A stretch of DNA of 64,000 bases from an uncultured delta proteobacterium (lineage in GTDB: Bacteria > Desulfobacterota > Syntrophia > Syntrophales > UBA5619). Positions within the stretch are counted from its first letter, which is position 1. Each line of letters begins with the position of its first letter. Position numbers and translations under genes: made by a program. The DNA lies in NCBI GenBank assembly GCA_963817385.1, contig CAWFOM010000009.1:1-64000 (forward strand), given 5' to 3'. Positions 42,577-53,998 of this stretch are shown here, piece by piece. The notes beneath the pieces are model-generated. The model ran no database searches and was not told the origin of the DNA. It saw only the letters and a program-made list of their open reading frames with translations.

Positions 42577-42731
42577 CTTTCGTAACTCTTCAATTGTCAC
42601 GATTTTATACCGGTTTGCATAAGGTTTGGGCAGTAAATATGTCTATTGAAAACAATATGTTAGAATTAACCACTGCTACCTCGGCCAGTTACGGTACATT
42701 TCGCGGAGGTTATAAACTTTCGGAAAAACTC

Positions 42732-43463
42732 GTGCCATTCCTGTATGGCCGGACGGATATATTTTTCGTAGGAAAATCCTCTGCCCCCGCCATCCGGGCG
42801 GCAGGGATCACCATCCTCCTGTTCGCATTCCTTTTGTTCCTCGTCCCCGTTCTCCAGGCGGCCGAACCCCCCTCCCTCGAACAGCTCTCCGCGCGGATGC
42901 AGGAGATCTATGAAAAGACCACGGATCTGAAGGCCCGCTTTATCCAGGAGGTGACGATCAAGTCCATGAAGAAGACCGAGCGGGAAGAGGGGACGGTTAC
43001 CTTTAAAAATCCGCGGATGATGCTATGGGACTACCTGAAGCCGAAGGCGAAGAAGCTGGTCATCAACGCCCAGAAGGCATGGCTGTATATCCCCGAGGAC
43101 CGCATGGTCTATGTCCAGAATGCCGAAGAGGTCTACCGATCGCGGATGGCCGTCCGATTCCTCTCCGGAATCGGCAAGCTCCCCGAGGACTTTCAGATCC
43201 GTTTCTCGAATGACAGCCCGCTCGACAAGGAAGGAAACTACCGCCTCACCCTGACGGCCAAGGAAACGGGGAGCGGCATCGACCGGCTTGATCTGACCGT
43301 CGACGGGAAGACCTTCCAGATCACCGAGTGCCGGTTCGAAGACACGTTCGGGAATGCCACCCGTCTACGCTTCAGCGACATCCGCCTGAACACGGGCGTT
43401 TCCGACAAATTATTCACCTTCAAGGCGCCGGACGGCGTCGAGATAGTCAACATGACCCCATAA
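42732..43463 (+). CDS. lolA: Outer-membrane lipoprotein carrier protein (start uncertain)
   Basis: Signal peptide; ARFIQE, G.V.FKNPRMM.WDY..P, W.YIPE, D.FGN.T..F and F.FKAP.GVEI. Confidence 0.88.
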   Translation: MPFLYGRTDIFFVGKSSAPAIRAAGITILLFAFLLFLVPVLQAAEPPSLEQLSARMQEIYEKTTDLKARFIQEVTIKSMKKTEREEGTVTFKNPRMMLWDYLKPKAKKLVINAQKAWLYIPEDRMVYVQNAEEVYRSRMAVRFLSGIGKLPEDFQIRFSNDSPLDKEGNYRLTLTAKETGSGIDRLDLTVDGKTFQITECRFEDTFGNATRLRFSDIRLNTGVSDKLFTFKAPDGVEIVNMTP

Positions 43464-43489
43464 CACCTGCCGGCAGACGAAGGGACGAC

Positions 43490-45463
43490 ATGATTCGAAT
43501 CGACGTTGAACAGGCAGCTTCTTCGGACCTCGATCACGAATGGTTGGACACCGACGGCCGGGGGGGGTATGCGGCAAGCACCCTTGCGGGCTGTCATACG
43601 AGGCGATATCACGGCCTGATGGTGGCCAACCTTCTGGCGCCGGAGGGTCGGCATTGCTTGTTGTCCACGCTGGAGGATTCACTCTCGGTCGGCAACGAAG
43701 AATATTTTTTCACCAGCCATCGGTATCCCGGCGTCCTTTTTCCCCCCGGAGGATCCCTTCTGCGGGAGTTTATCCTCGACAACTGCCCCCGTTTCACCTA
43801 CCGGGCGGGCGTTCATCGCCTGCAAAAAAGCGTGATGCTTATCCGAGGCACGGGCACCCTTCTCGTTCGTTACGACCTGGACGAATCTCCCGCAAACGGC
43901 CTCCTCCGCCTGAAACCGTTCCTGGCGTATCGGGGCTATCACCATCTCGCCCACGAAAACCCCCATCTCCGCAGCCGGACGGAAGGGATCAAAAACGGCT
44001 TTACGATCACACCCTACGCGGGTATGCCCACCCTCACCATCCGGACCTCCGCGCCATCGAGATTTACCCCCTCCCCCCTCTGGTACAACCGTTTCGAATA
44101 TATCGAGGAGAGGGCGCGGGGCTTCGATTGGCAGGAGGATCTCTTCCTTCCAGGGGTCCTTGAGGTCCCTTTCGCAGCGGGGTGCACGGTGATCCTCCAG
44201 GTTTCCTGCGACTCCCCTGAGGAAGACCCGCAGGCCCTCTGGAGAGCGGAGACATCCCGACGGCGTCGGGAACAGGCGGAAGAGGAAGCGCTGGCCGGTG
44301 GCTGCACCGGTGAAGACCGGGAGCTTCTCCTCGCCCTGATTCGCGCAGGGCGTCAGTTTCTCATCAGAACCCCTTCGGGGAGACCGGCCGTCATCGCCGG
44401 CTACCCCTGGTTCGGGAGTTGGGGACGGGACACCCTGATCGCGCTCCCCGGCCTCGCCTTCTGCTCGGGTCGGATCGAAGAAGGGATCGAGATCCTCACC
44501 GAAATCGGCCGCCATGAGCGCGATGGACTCCTCCCCAACTTCTTCTCCGCGGACGGAAAACCCGAGGCCTACAATACCGTCGACAGCTCGCTTCTCTACT
44601 TCCGGGCCGTCCAGGAGCTCCTCAGGATCGCCGGCGATGCGGAGATGATCCGGAGCCGCTTCTGGCCAGTCATGAAACGGATCATCAGCCGTTTCATGGC
44701 CGGAACCCGATTCGGAATCGGGATGGACCACCGGGGACTCCTGCATGCCGGCGACGGTCTGACGGCCCTTACCTGGATGGACGCAACCGTAGGGGGAGCC
44801 CCCGTCACCCCCCGGCATGGGTATCCAGTGGAGATTAACGCCCTCTGGTACAACGCCCTGTGCTTCGCCCGCGACCTGTCGGGGAGATTCTCCGATCCCG
44901 AATGGTCCTTCGACGATCTCATTGCCCGGATCCGCCGCTCATTCCGGGAGACGTTCTGGGTCCCGGAGGGCAACTATCTGGGCGACGTTTTTCGTGACGG
45001 CGTCCTCGATGCCGCCGTCCGGCCGAATCAGCTCTTTGCCGTCTCGCTCCCCTTCTCGCCCCTCGATCCGAGAGAGCAGGCGGGCGTCGTCCGGAAGGTG
45101 CGGGAGGAGCTTCTGACCCCCTGCGGTCTGAGGACCCTCTCGCCCGCCGATCCTGCCTACCGGGGGTTCTACCGCGGGAACGGCGCCGTGCGGGATGCCG
45201 CATACCACCAGGGCACCGTCTGGCCATGGCTGCTCGGTCCCTTCGGCGAGGCCGCCCTTCACGTCGCGAAGGACCGGGGGCGGGAAAAGGAAATGCTCCG
45301 AACCACCCTCGGAAAGTTCCTTCGGAACCATCTGAGAGAGGCGGGTGTCGGCAGCGTCTCCGAAGTCTTCGACGGGAACGCCCCCCACCGGCCGGGCGGT
45401 TGCACCGCCCAGGCATGGAGCATCGCCGAACTGATCCGCCTTTTTTTGCTCCTGGGAAAGTGA
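43490..45463 (+). CDS. Glycogen debranching enzyme (amylo-alpha-1,6-glucosidase)
   Basis: EWLDTDGRGGYA, TRRYHGL, AGYPWF.WGRDT, TWMDA, RPNQL, YHQGTVWPW and AQAWS. Confidence 0.95.
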   Translation: MIRIDVEQAASSDLDHEWLDTDGRGGYAASTLAGCHTRRYHGLMVANLLAPEGRHCLLSTLEDSLSVGNEEYFFTSHRYPGVLFPPGGSLLREFILDNCPRFTYRAGVHRLQKSVMLIRGTGTLLVRYDLDESPANGLLRLKPFLAYRGYHHLAHENPHLRSRTEGIKNGFTITPYAGMPTLTIRTSAPSRFTPSPLWYNRFEYIEERARGFDWQEDLFLPGVLEVPFAAGCTVILQVSCDSPEEDPQALWRAETSRRRREQAEEEALAGGCTGEDRELLLALIRAGRQFLIRTPSGRPAVIAGYPWFGSWGRDTLIALPGLAFCSGRIEEGIEILTEIGRHERDGLLPNFFSADGKPEAYNTVDSSLLYFRAVQELLRIAGDAEMIRSRFWPVMKRIISRFMAGTRFGIGMDHRGLLHAGDGLTALTWMDATVGGAPVTPRHGYPVEINALWYNALCFARDLSGRFSDPEWSFDDLIARIRRSFRETFWVPEGNYLGDVFRDGVLDAAVRPNQLFAVSLPFSPLDPREQAGVVRKVREELLTPCGLRTLSPADPAYRGFYRGNGAVRDAAYHQGTVWPWLLGPFGEAALHVAKDRGREKEMLRTTLGKFLRNHLREAGVGSVSEVFDGNAPHRPGGCTAQAWSIAELIRLFLLLGK

Positions 45464-45655
45464 ACAGGGGAACATTTTTTTATTATTTGTCCCCGATGGG
45501 GGGTTTACTTTCAGGCGCCGGTATGACATGATGATATTATTAAGCCACGCGGCCGTTCCTGATCACTCAGCTTCTTTGTTAATTTCGGTGTGTCGTTCTG
45601 CCCGCCTTTCCTGACGGCTGGAGAAAGCCCTGCAGGAGGAAGGATGTAGAGAACC

Positions 45656-46969
45656 ATGCACATGCGCATCCTCATGTTCGGATGGGAATTTCCGCCCAGG
45701 ATGAGCGGCGGCCTGGGCACGGCCTGCTTCGGCATGACAGCGGCCCTGGCCGGCCTCGGCCACCGTATTATCTTCGTTTTGCCGCAGCCGGGAGTGGCGA
45801 GTTCAGCCCCCTTTCTCGATCTCGTATCGGCATCCGATATTCCCGACTCCGCCCGCGAAGGCGAAGAGATGCAACTGCTGAGACGGCTGGCACTGCAGCC
45901 CGTCCCGTCTCTGCTTCACCCCTATCTCAACGGAGAGGGTTACCAAACCCTGTATCTTTCCGAAGAGAAACGATTCCCGGAGAGAACGAGTATCTATGGC
46001 CGCAACCTGATTGCCGAGGTGATCCGCTACGGCCTCTCCGGAGGCGCCATCGCACGGAACCACTCCTTCGATATCATCCATGCCCATGACTGGATGACGG
46101 TTCCCGCCGCCCTCTGCGCCCGCCGGATCAGCGGAAAGCCGCTCATTCTCCACATCCATTCCCTCGAGTATGACCGAAGCGGTGAGAACGTCAACCCGGA
46201 GATCCGAGAAATCGAACGGGAAGGTTTGGATCAGGCCGATCGGATCATCGCCGTCAGCCACCGGACAAAGCGGATGATTGAGGAGCGGTACGGGATCCCC
46301 CCGGGTAAGATCACCGTGGTCTACAACGCCGTAACCCGCGCGGAGGCGAGGAGCATCTATCGCCCCGAACGGCGAGGGACGCCGAGAGATCAGAAGATGG
46401 TCCTCTACCTCGGCCGGATCACCTTCCAGAAGGGGCCGGACTACTTCATCGAGGCGGCGGCCAGCGTCTTGAAGGTGTTTCCCGATGTAACCTTCGTCCT
46501 GGCCGGCGCCGGCGACATGATGGGGCAGATGATCGAACGGGTCGGCGAACTGGGTATCGGAAACCGCGTTCATTTCACGGGATTCCTCCAGGGGGAAGAG
46601 ATCGAGCGGATCTTCTCCCTGAGCGATCTCTATGTCATGCCGAGCGTCTCCGAACCCTTCGGGATCTCCCCTCTCGAGGCGATGCTGTATGATGTCCCGG
46701 TGGTCATCTCCCGCCAGTCAGGCGTCGCCGAGATCCTGAAGCATGCCTTAAAGGTCGACTTTTGGGACGTCCGGGATATCGCCGGCAAGATCATCGCCGT
46801 CCTGAAATACCCCGTTCTCGCCGGGGAGATGGCGGAAAAGGCGCGTGAGGAGCTTCGGGGGATCCGCTGGGAAACCGCCGCAGAGCGGATCACGGAGATC
46901 TATCGGAAGGCGGCGGCCCCCCCCGCAACGGGGGAAGGGCTCCGAACGGAAGAACGGAAAGACGAATAG
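45656..46969 (+). CDS. GT4 glycosyltransferase of the glycogen operon
   Basis: MFGWEFPP..GGLG, HAHDW, QKGPDYF and PSVSEPFGI. Confidence 0.92.
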   Translation: MHMRILMFGWEFPPRMSGGLGTACFGMTAALAGLGHRIIFVLPQPGVASSAPFLDLVSASDIPDSAREGEEMQLLRRLALQPVPSLLHPYLNGEGYQTLYLSEEKRFPERTSIYGRNLIAEVIRYGLSGGAIARNHSFDIIHAHDWMTVPAALCARRISGKPLILHIHSLEYDRSGENVNPEIREIEREGLDQADRIIAVSHRTKRMIEERYGIPPGKITVVYNAVTRAEARSIYRPERRGTPRDQKMVLYLGRITFQKGPDYFIEAAASVLKVFPDVTFVLAGAGDMMGQMIERVGELGIGNRVHFTGFLQGEEIERIFSLSDLYVMPSVSEPFGISPLEAMLYDVPVVISRQSGVAEILKHALKVDFWDVRDIAGKIIAVLKYPVLAGEMAEKAREELRGIRWETAAERITEIYRKAAAPPATGEGLRTEERKDE

Positions 46970-48169
46970 ATGCCGAGTGTCTGTCTCTATTTTCAGGTCC
47001 ATCAGCCCCGACGTCTCCGGAGGTACTCCTTCTTCGATGTCGGCCATCTTCACGAATATGATGACGAGACGGAAAACCGCCGGATCCTGGAGAGGGTCGC
47101 AGCGAAGTGTTATCTCCCCGCAAACGCCCTTCTGCTCAGCCTATTCGGGGAATATGGGGAGAAATTTCGGGTGGCTTTTTCTCTCTCGGGCGTGGTTCTC
47201 GACCAACTCGGGCGGTACCGGCCGGATGTCGTGGAGAGCTTCCAGCAGCTTGCCGCCACTCACTGCGTCGAATTTTTAAACGAGACCGACAGCCACTCCC
47301 TTGCATTTCTCTTCTCCCCACGGGAATTTCAAGAGCAGGTCCGACTGCACCGGGAGCGGATTCAGACCCTCTTCGGGCAGAACGGCCGGACCTTCCGGCA
47401 CACCGAATTGATCTATAACAACGAACTGGGGAAAGCGGTGGAGCAGATGGGCTACAACGTCATTCTTGCCGAGGGCGCCGAAAAGATCCTCGGCCGGCGA
47501 AGCCCAAACCAGCCCTACCGTCCGACCGGCTGCGGGCGGCTGAAGCTGCTCCTCAGGAACTACCGGCTTTCGGACGACGTGGCCTTTCGCTTTTCCGATC
47601 GGCATTGGCCCGAATATCCACTCACGGCCGCCAAATACGCCCACTGGCTCCACCGGATCGGACCGGAGGCGGCGGTGATCAACCTGTTTATGGATTATGA
47701 AACCTTCGGCGAACACCAGTGGGCCGAAACAGGGATCTTCGATTTTCTCCGGGCGTTCCCCGGGGAGGTCCTGCAGGACCCCGATTTTCGTTTTCTGACG
47801 CCTGCCGAGGCGGCCGAAGCCTATGAGGCGATAGACGAGATCGATACCCCCGGCTTCATCTCCTGGGCCGATGAGGAGCGGGACATGACGGCTTGGCTGG
47901 GAAACGTCATGCAGCAGGATGCCGCACGCAAGATTTACGAAATGGAGTCCGCCATCCGCCTGCAAAGCGACGAAGACCTCCTCCGGAAATGGCGTACCCT
48001 CCAGACGTCCGACCATTTTTATTACATGTGTACGAAATGGTTCGCCGACGGCGATGTCCATCGTTACTTCAACCCCTTCGAGTCTCCCTACGAGGCCTAC
48101 ATCAATTACATGAACATCCTCGATGATCTTGCAAAATCCATCACAAAGAGCCAAGGAGAAGCATCATGA
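46970..48169 (+). CDS. GH57 glycoside hydrolase (alpha-amylase-like)
   Basis: YFQVHQP, TELIY, LSDDVAFRF, DYETFGEHQ, SWADEERD and SDHFYYM. Confidence 0.93.
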   Translation: MPSVCLYFQVHQPRRLRRYSFFDVGHLHEYDDETENRRILERVAAKCYLPANALLLSLFGEYGEKFRVAFSLSGVVLDQLGRYRPDVVESFQQLAATHCVEFLNETDSHSLAFLFSPREFQEQVRLHRERIQTLFGQNGRTFRHTELIYNNELGKAVEQMGYNVILAEGAEKILGRRSPNQPYRPTGCGRLKLLLRNYRLSDDVAFRFSDRHWPEYPLTAAKYAHWLHRIGPEAAVINLFMDYETFGEHQWAETGIFDFLRAFPGEVLQDPDFRFLTPAEAAEAYEAIDEIDTPGFISWADEERDMTAWLGNVMQQDAARKIYEMESAIRLQSDEDLLRKWRTLQTSDHFYYMCTKWFADGDVHRYFNPFESPYEAYINYMNILDDLAKSITKSQGEAS

Positions 48170-51100
48170 CACAGGCGCGCGATCACTACCTCTTCGAGGT
48201 GAGTTGGGAGGTGTGCAACAAAGTCGGCGGGTATCTATACGGTCATCACGAGCAAGATTCCTGAGGCAACCAGGGTCTACGGCGAGAATTACTTCCTCCT
48301 CGGCCCGGACCTCAAAACCAATCCCGATTTCGAGGAGACGGACGAAGAGTGCTGGAGTCATATCCGGGAGACGGTCGCCATCAAGGAGATCCCGTGCCGC
48401 TTCGGCAGATGGAAGGTCCCCGGCGAACCCAAGGCGATTCTGGTGAGCTTCGGGAAAAAGTATGACAAAGACCAGCTCCTCTTCCGGATCTGGGAGGATT
48501 ACGGCGTCGACTCCATCGCCGGGGGGTGGGACTATGTGGAGCCGATCATGTTCAGCTATGCGGCAAGCGAGGTGATCGAGACCGCCTACCATCTCCTCGC
48601 GAAACCCCGGGGGATGGGCGCCGTCGCCCAGTTCCACGAGTGGATGACGGGGGCGGGTCTCCTCGGCCTGAAAAAACGGTGCCCGGAGATCGGAACCGTC
48701 TTTACCACGCACGCGACGATGCTCGGGAGGACCCTCTCCTCATCCGGGATGGACATCTACACGGCGATGGACCATATCTCGCCCCAGCGAGAGGCGAGCG
48801 CCCACAACATTACGGCCAAATGCTCGATGGAAACGGCGTCGGCCCGCGAGGCGGACTGCTTCACGACGGTGAGCGAGATCACGGCCCGCGAGGCGAAGAA
48901 CTTCCTCGGCCGGGAGCCGGATGTGATCACCGTAAACGGCCTCGACATGGAGAATATCCCCGATCTCGCGGCGGACCGTGCCCCCGCCCTCCGGTCCCGG
49001 GAGAAGCTCCTCGCCGCCGCCGCCCGATTCCTTCGCCGGGATCTGCCCGCCGACACCCGGATCATGGTCATCTCGGGGCGCGGTGAATTCCACAATAAGG
49101 GGGTCGGCCTCTTCCTCGAGGCCCTCGGCAGCCTGAACGCGGAGATGGCAGAGAACCAGACGATCCTCGCCTTTCTCTTCGTCCTCGGAGGATACACGGA
49201 CCTGATCCCCTGTCTCAAGAGCGACGCCTTCAAGCCTGACCCGGCGAATCCGCCCATCGCCACCCACCGGCTGCAGAACGAGGCCTCCGATCCCATCCTC
49301 CAGACATGCGAGCGTCTCGGTCTCAAAAATTTCCCCCAGAACCGGGTCCAGGTCATCTTTGTCCCCGCCTATCTGAACGGTCACGACGGCTTCCTCAACA
49401 TGACCTACTACGATGCGCTTGCCGGGTGCGATCTCGGGGTCTTCCCCTCCTACTACGAACCCTGGGGCTATACGCCTCTCGAGAGCGCCGCGTACGCCGT
49501 GCCGACCGTCACCACCGACCAGGCCGGCTTCGGCCTCTGGGCGCAGAAGGCGGCGGGCGATTGCAACGGGATCATCCTCGTCAAGCGCCTGGGACAGCCC
49601 GAGGAGGTGATCACCGACCGTCTCTCCGCAATCTTCCGGGATTTTCTCGCTCTTGAGGAGGCGGATCTGCAGTGCATGCGCGTAAATGCCCGTGCAGCGG
49701 CCAACCGGGCGAACTGGAAGGAGTTCTTCCGGAACTACGAGGAGGCGTATGACCTCGCCCTGGCGGCATCCCGGATCCGGGCGGAAAAGCGCACCGCGGA
49801 GGATCTCAAGACCGAACTGAAACACGTCTTCGCCGGAACGGTCTCCGTTTCACCCCACTTCCGGACCTTCACGGCGGTGGCCAACCTCCCGGCGAAGATC
49901 TCCCGGCTCCGGGAGCTCGCCTACAACCTCTGGTGGACCTGGAATCCCCGCGCCCGGGAACTCTTCTCGGCCCTGGACTCCAAACTCTGGGCACGGATGG
50001 GCAACAATCCGGTCCGGATGCTGGAGACCGTCTCCAACGACCGGCTGCAGGAGGCATCGAAGAACACGAGCTACATCAGTCTCTACGGCCAGATCTTTCA
50101 GCAGTTCGATGACTACATGGGCGATAAGACCCCCTCCCCGCAAATCGGGCCGCCCAACGGCATCAAATGGTCGCAGCCGGTCGCCTATTTTTCGACCGAA
50201 TACGGACTGCACGAGAGCCTGCCCATCTATTCCGGCGGTCTCGGCACGCTCTCCGGCGACCACCTGAAGACGGCGAGCGATCTGAACGTTCCCCTGGTCG
50301 GCGTCGGCCTCCTTTACAAGAACGGGTTTTTCAAACAGGTCATAGACAAAAACGGCACCCAGATTGCGGAGTATCCGGAGAACGATTTCTCCAGCATGCC
50401 GGTGCAGATCGTCCAGGACGACCGGGGAGACGCCGTGCAGATCTCCCTGGACCTGCCCGGAAGAACCCTCTTCGCCAACATCTGGGAGGTCCATGTGGGG
50501 CGCGTCTCGCTTTACCTCCTGGACACCGATTTCCCGCGGAACACGCCCCAGGACAGGAAAATCACGGAGCGCCTCTACTGCGCCGAACCGCGGACGAGGA
50601 TCGAACAGGAGATCCTCCTGGGAATGGGGGGGATCCGGATCCTGAAACGGCTGGGGATCCGCCCCCGCGTCTACCACATCAACGAGGGGCACTCGGCCTT
50701 TCTTCTGTTCGAGCGGATCGGCTCCCTGATGACGGATGAGGGGCTCTCCTTCGATGAGGCGAGCGAAGTCGTCCGCGGAAGCACGGTCTTTACGACCCAT
50801 ACCCCGGTGGAGGCGGGAAATGAGCGGTTCAGCAAAGAGTTGATCGAACACTACTTCGCGAATTTCGTGAAGTGGACCGGGATCTCCTGGTCCCAGTTCT
50901 GGGAGATGGGCAGGAAGGAGAGCGGGGAGGGAAAACCGTTCTTCATGACGATCCTGGCCCTCAAGATGGCCCACAAGAGCAACGCCGTGAGCCGCCTCCA
51001 CGGGCAGGTCTCCCGGCGGATGTGGCGGGAGGTCTGGAAGGGATTCGACGAGACGGATATCCCCATCTCTCATGTCACGAACGGCGCCCATGTGCTCTCC

Positions 51101-52423
51101 TACATCGCCCCCCGGATGAAGGAGCTCCTCGACACCTATCTCGGCATGGACTGGGACCGGCACATCAGCGATCCCGAACGCTGGGCGCGCCTCCAGGACA
51201 TCCCCGACACCGTCCTGTGGCGGACGCGATACGAGATGAGGCAGAAGATGATCGACTTCCTCCGGGAGGATCTTTCCCGAAACTGGATGAAGTTCGGCTA
51301 CTCGAAAACCTGGCAGGAGGAGCTCTTCTCCCGGATCAATCCGGCGGCCCTGATGATCGGCTTTGCCCGGCGCTTCGCCCCGTACAAGCGGGCGGACATG
51401 ATCCTCTCGGATCTCGATCGCCTGGATAGGATCCTGAACCATCCCACCCGGCCGGTCCACATCATCTTTGCCGGCAAAGCCCATCCGAACGACGAGATGG
51501 GGAAGGATCTGATCCGGAAGGTCATCGGTGTCTGCAAAGAAGAGCGGTTCCGGGGCAAGATCTTCTTCGTCGAGGGGTACGACATCCGGGTTGCCCGCCA
51601 CCTCGTCCAGGGGGTCGACGTCTGGCTGAACACCCCCCGACGCCCCCTCGAGGCGAGCGGCACGAGCGGCGAGAAGGTGGTCGCCAACGGCGTCCTTAAC
51701 CTCAGCATCTCCGACGGGTGGTGGGTCGAGGGGTATGACGGCACAAACGGATGGACCGTCGGACCCGTCGTCAAAGGGTATGCCGAAGAGACGGAAAACG
51801 CTGACGAGGAAGACAGCCGGTCCCTGTATACGCTTCTGGAAAACAGCGTGATCCCGCTCTTCTACGACCGCGAGATGTCCGGGCTCCCCGAGAAGTGGCT
51901 CGCCATGATCAAGCGGTCGATGCAGACCCTGGTTCCCCGTTTCAACACGGAAAGGATGCTCATCGATTACTACCGCGACCTCTACCTGCCGACCGCACGG
52001 CGGGAGCACGAACTCTATAGTGAATCCTACCGGATGGCCAGGGAGCTCGCGGACTGGAAGCGGAAGCTCCCCATGCGCTTCTCTTCGCTGCGCCTCCTGG
52101 ACGTCAGCGTCGAAGGGATTCGCGGCGACACCATACGTGTGGAGAGTCCGTTTACCGTCACGGTCCGGATCGATCCCGGAAAGATGGAACCGCAGGAGGT
52201 GCTTGCGGAACTGATCATCGGAAAGAAGGAGGGCCTCGGCTTCGCCGATCCGCCGGAGTGCGTCCCGCTCAAGATCGCCGGCCGGGCGGCAGACGGGATA
52301 CTCACCTTCTCCGTCTCCTATACGGTCCGGCAGAATGGCGCCTATGCCTACGGCATCCGCGCTTTGCCGTATCATCCGCACCTCGCCACGAAGGAGGAGA
52401 CGTCTCTGGTGTACTGGGGGTGA
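48166..52423 (+). CDS. glgP: Glycogen synthase (GT3)-alpha-glucan phosphorylase (GT35) fusion, with a +1 frameshift at ~48230
   Basis: FEVSWEVCNKVGG / IYTV, QFHEW, TTHAT, FPSYYEPWGYTP (GT3); YSGGLG, NEGH, FARRF..YKR, EASGTSG (GT35). Confidence 0.92.
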
Positions 52424-52519
52424 CGGCACGCAGCTCAGGTGTTCGCATCTCCGGGAGGGGACGCGGATAGGCTTTCGTCCGGTCGTGGGGCAGCGCCGCA
52501 TCCTGGTTAAAAAAATGTG

Positions 52520-52548
52520 TTGACATGCCGGATTGTTCTTCGTATCCT
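52520..52548 (+). promoter_or_regulatory. sigma70 promoter upstream of the MORN gene
   Basis: TTGACA-17-TATCCT. Confidence 0.6.
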
Positions 52549-52651
52549 TCAGGCGTATGAAAGCAAGCTTTTATCAGCAGTTAATGCATTTCACCTCTAT
52601 GATGAATCCAAATCGCGTCCAGTGACTTCGGTACTGGGGTGAGGGAGAGAC

Positions 52652-53998
52652 ATGCCGGTTTTCTTGAAAAAGCTTCTGAAAAAACTATCCCGGAACACGA
52701 TCGCCAGAGAAGATGGATTGGAAAAACGGCCCCCGATGAGCGGCCAGGGCTCGATGAATTACCCCGGGGGAATGAAATACATGGGGGAATGGAGGGACGG
52801 CCTCTGGGAAGGCCAGGGAACCCTGACGTATCCGGGAGGGATGACCTGCACCGGTGAATGGAAAAACAGCAAAATGAACGGCCAGGGGAGCGTCACCTTT
52901 CCCGACGGCGCCCAGTACGTCGGCCTCTTTTTAAGCGGTGAATACAGCGGTCAGGGGACCATGACCTTTTCCAACGGGAAAACCTATGTTGGAGAATGGA
53001 AGGATGGCGAACAGCACGGCCAGGGGACCATAATCTTTCCGGACGGAACAAAATATATCGGTCAGTTCAGCCACAACTCGTTCCATGGCCAGGGGACCAT
53101 GTCTTTCCCCGACGGCCGAACGTATGTCGGGCAGTTTAAAAACAGCCTTTTTCACGGCCAGGGGACGATGACCGAGCACGACGGCGTGCATTACGTCGGG
53201 GAGTGGAAGGAAAACAGGATGGACGGCAACGGGGTCATGACCTATCTGGACGGGCGGACCTACAAGGGACAATTCATCGACAACCAGTTCAACGGCCAAG
53301 GGACGCTGAACGACCGGGACGGGGGAAAATTCATCGGGCAGTTCCGCGACGGCCGGAAACACGGCCGGGGAACGCTTGCCCGCCCCGATGGGACGCAGTT
53401 CGCGGGCGAATGGAAAAACGATGCCATGAACGGTCAGGGAACCGTCCATTTCGCCGACGGTCGCGTATATGCGGGGCAATTCCAGGATGACGGCATCAAC
53501 GGCCAGGGGACCATGTCTTTCCCCGACGGCCGGAAATACACCGGGCAGTTTCGCGATGGATTGATGGAGGGACAGGGGTCGGCAGCCTTCGCCAACGGCA
53601 AGGAATACACCGGGCAGTGGAAGAACAACCTCTTTGACGGCCAGGGGACCCTAACCTACCCCGACGGGGGAACCTATGTGGGCCAATTTGAAAGCGGCAT
53701 GCCACACGGTCAGGGAACGATGATCCGGCCCGACGGACAATATACGGGACAGTTCAAGTTCGGAAAGAAACACGGACACGGAACGGTCATCTTTGCCAAT
53801 GGCTCCAAATATGTGGGCCAGTTCCGGGATAACGAGTACCATGGTCAGGGAACGATGACCAACTCGGGCGGTGAAAAAAACGTCGGGGAGTGGCAGGAGG
53901 GCAAATTTGTCGAGGTCTCCGCCGATGGGTCTTACCCCGACCTGAAAAATCATGAGCTCCCCGAGCCTGACCTCAAGGCGGCGGGGGGGCGCCGCTGA
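52652..53998 (+). CDS. MORN-repeat protein
   Basis: Tandem 23-aa YxGxW/FxxxxxxGQGTxxFxDG repeats over almost the whole length. Confidence 0.95.
   Translation: MPVFLKKLLKKLSRNTIAREDGLEKRPPMSGQGSMNYPGGMKYMGEWRDGLWEGQGTLTYPGGMTCTGEWKNSKMNGQGSVTFPDGAQYVGLFLSGEYSGQGTMTFSNGKTYVGEWKDGEQHGQGTIIFPDGTKYIGQFSHNSFHGQGTMSFPDGRTYVGQFKNSLFHGQGTMTEHDGVHYVGEWKENRMDGNGVMTYLDGRTYKGQFIDNQFNGQGTLNDRDGGKFIGQFRDGRKHGRGTLARPDGTQFAGEWKNDAMNGQGTVHFADGRVYAGQFQDDGINGQGTMSFPDGRKYTGQFRDGLMEGQGSAAFANGKEYTGQWKNNLFDGQGTLTYPDGGTYVGQFESGMPHGQGTMIRPDGQYTGQFKFGKKHGHGTVIFANGSKYVGQFRDNEYHGQGTMTNSGGEKNVGEWQEGKFVEVSADGSYPDLKNHELPEPDLKAAGGRR

Noticed and set aside
52730..53900. Recurring GGCCAGGGGAC DNA repeats at ~69-bp spacing, superficially CRISPR-like
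   Set aside because: Fully explained by in-frame 23-aa MORN repeats; no cas genes are present
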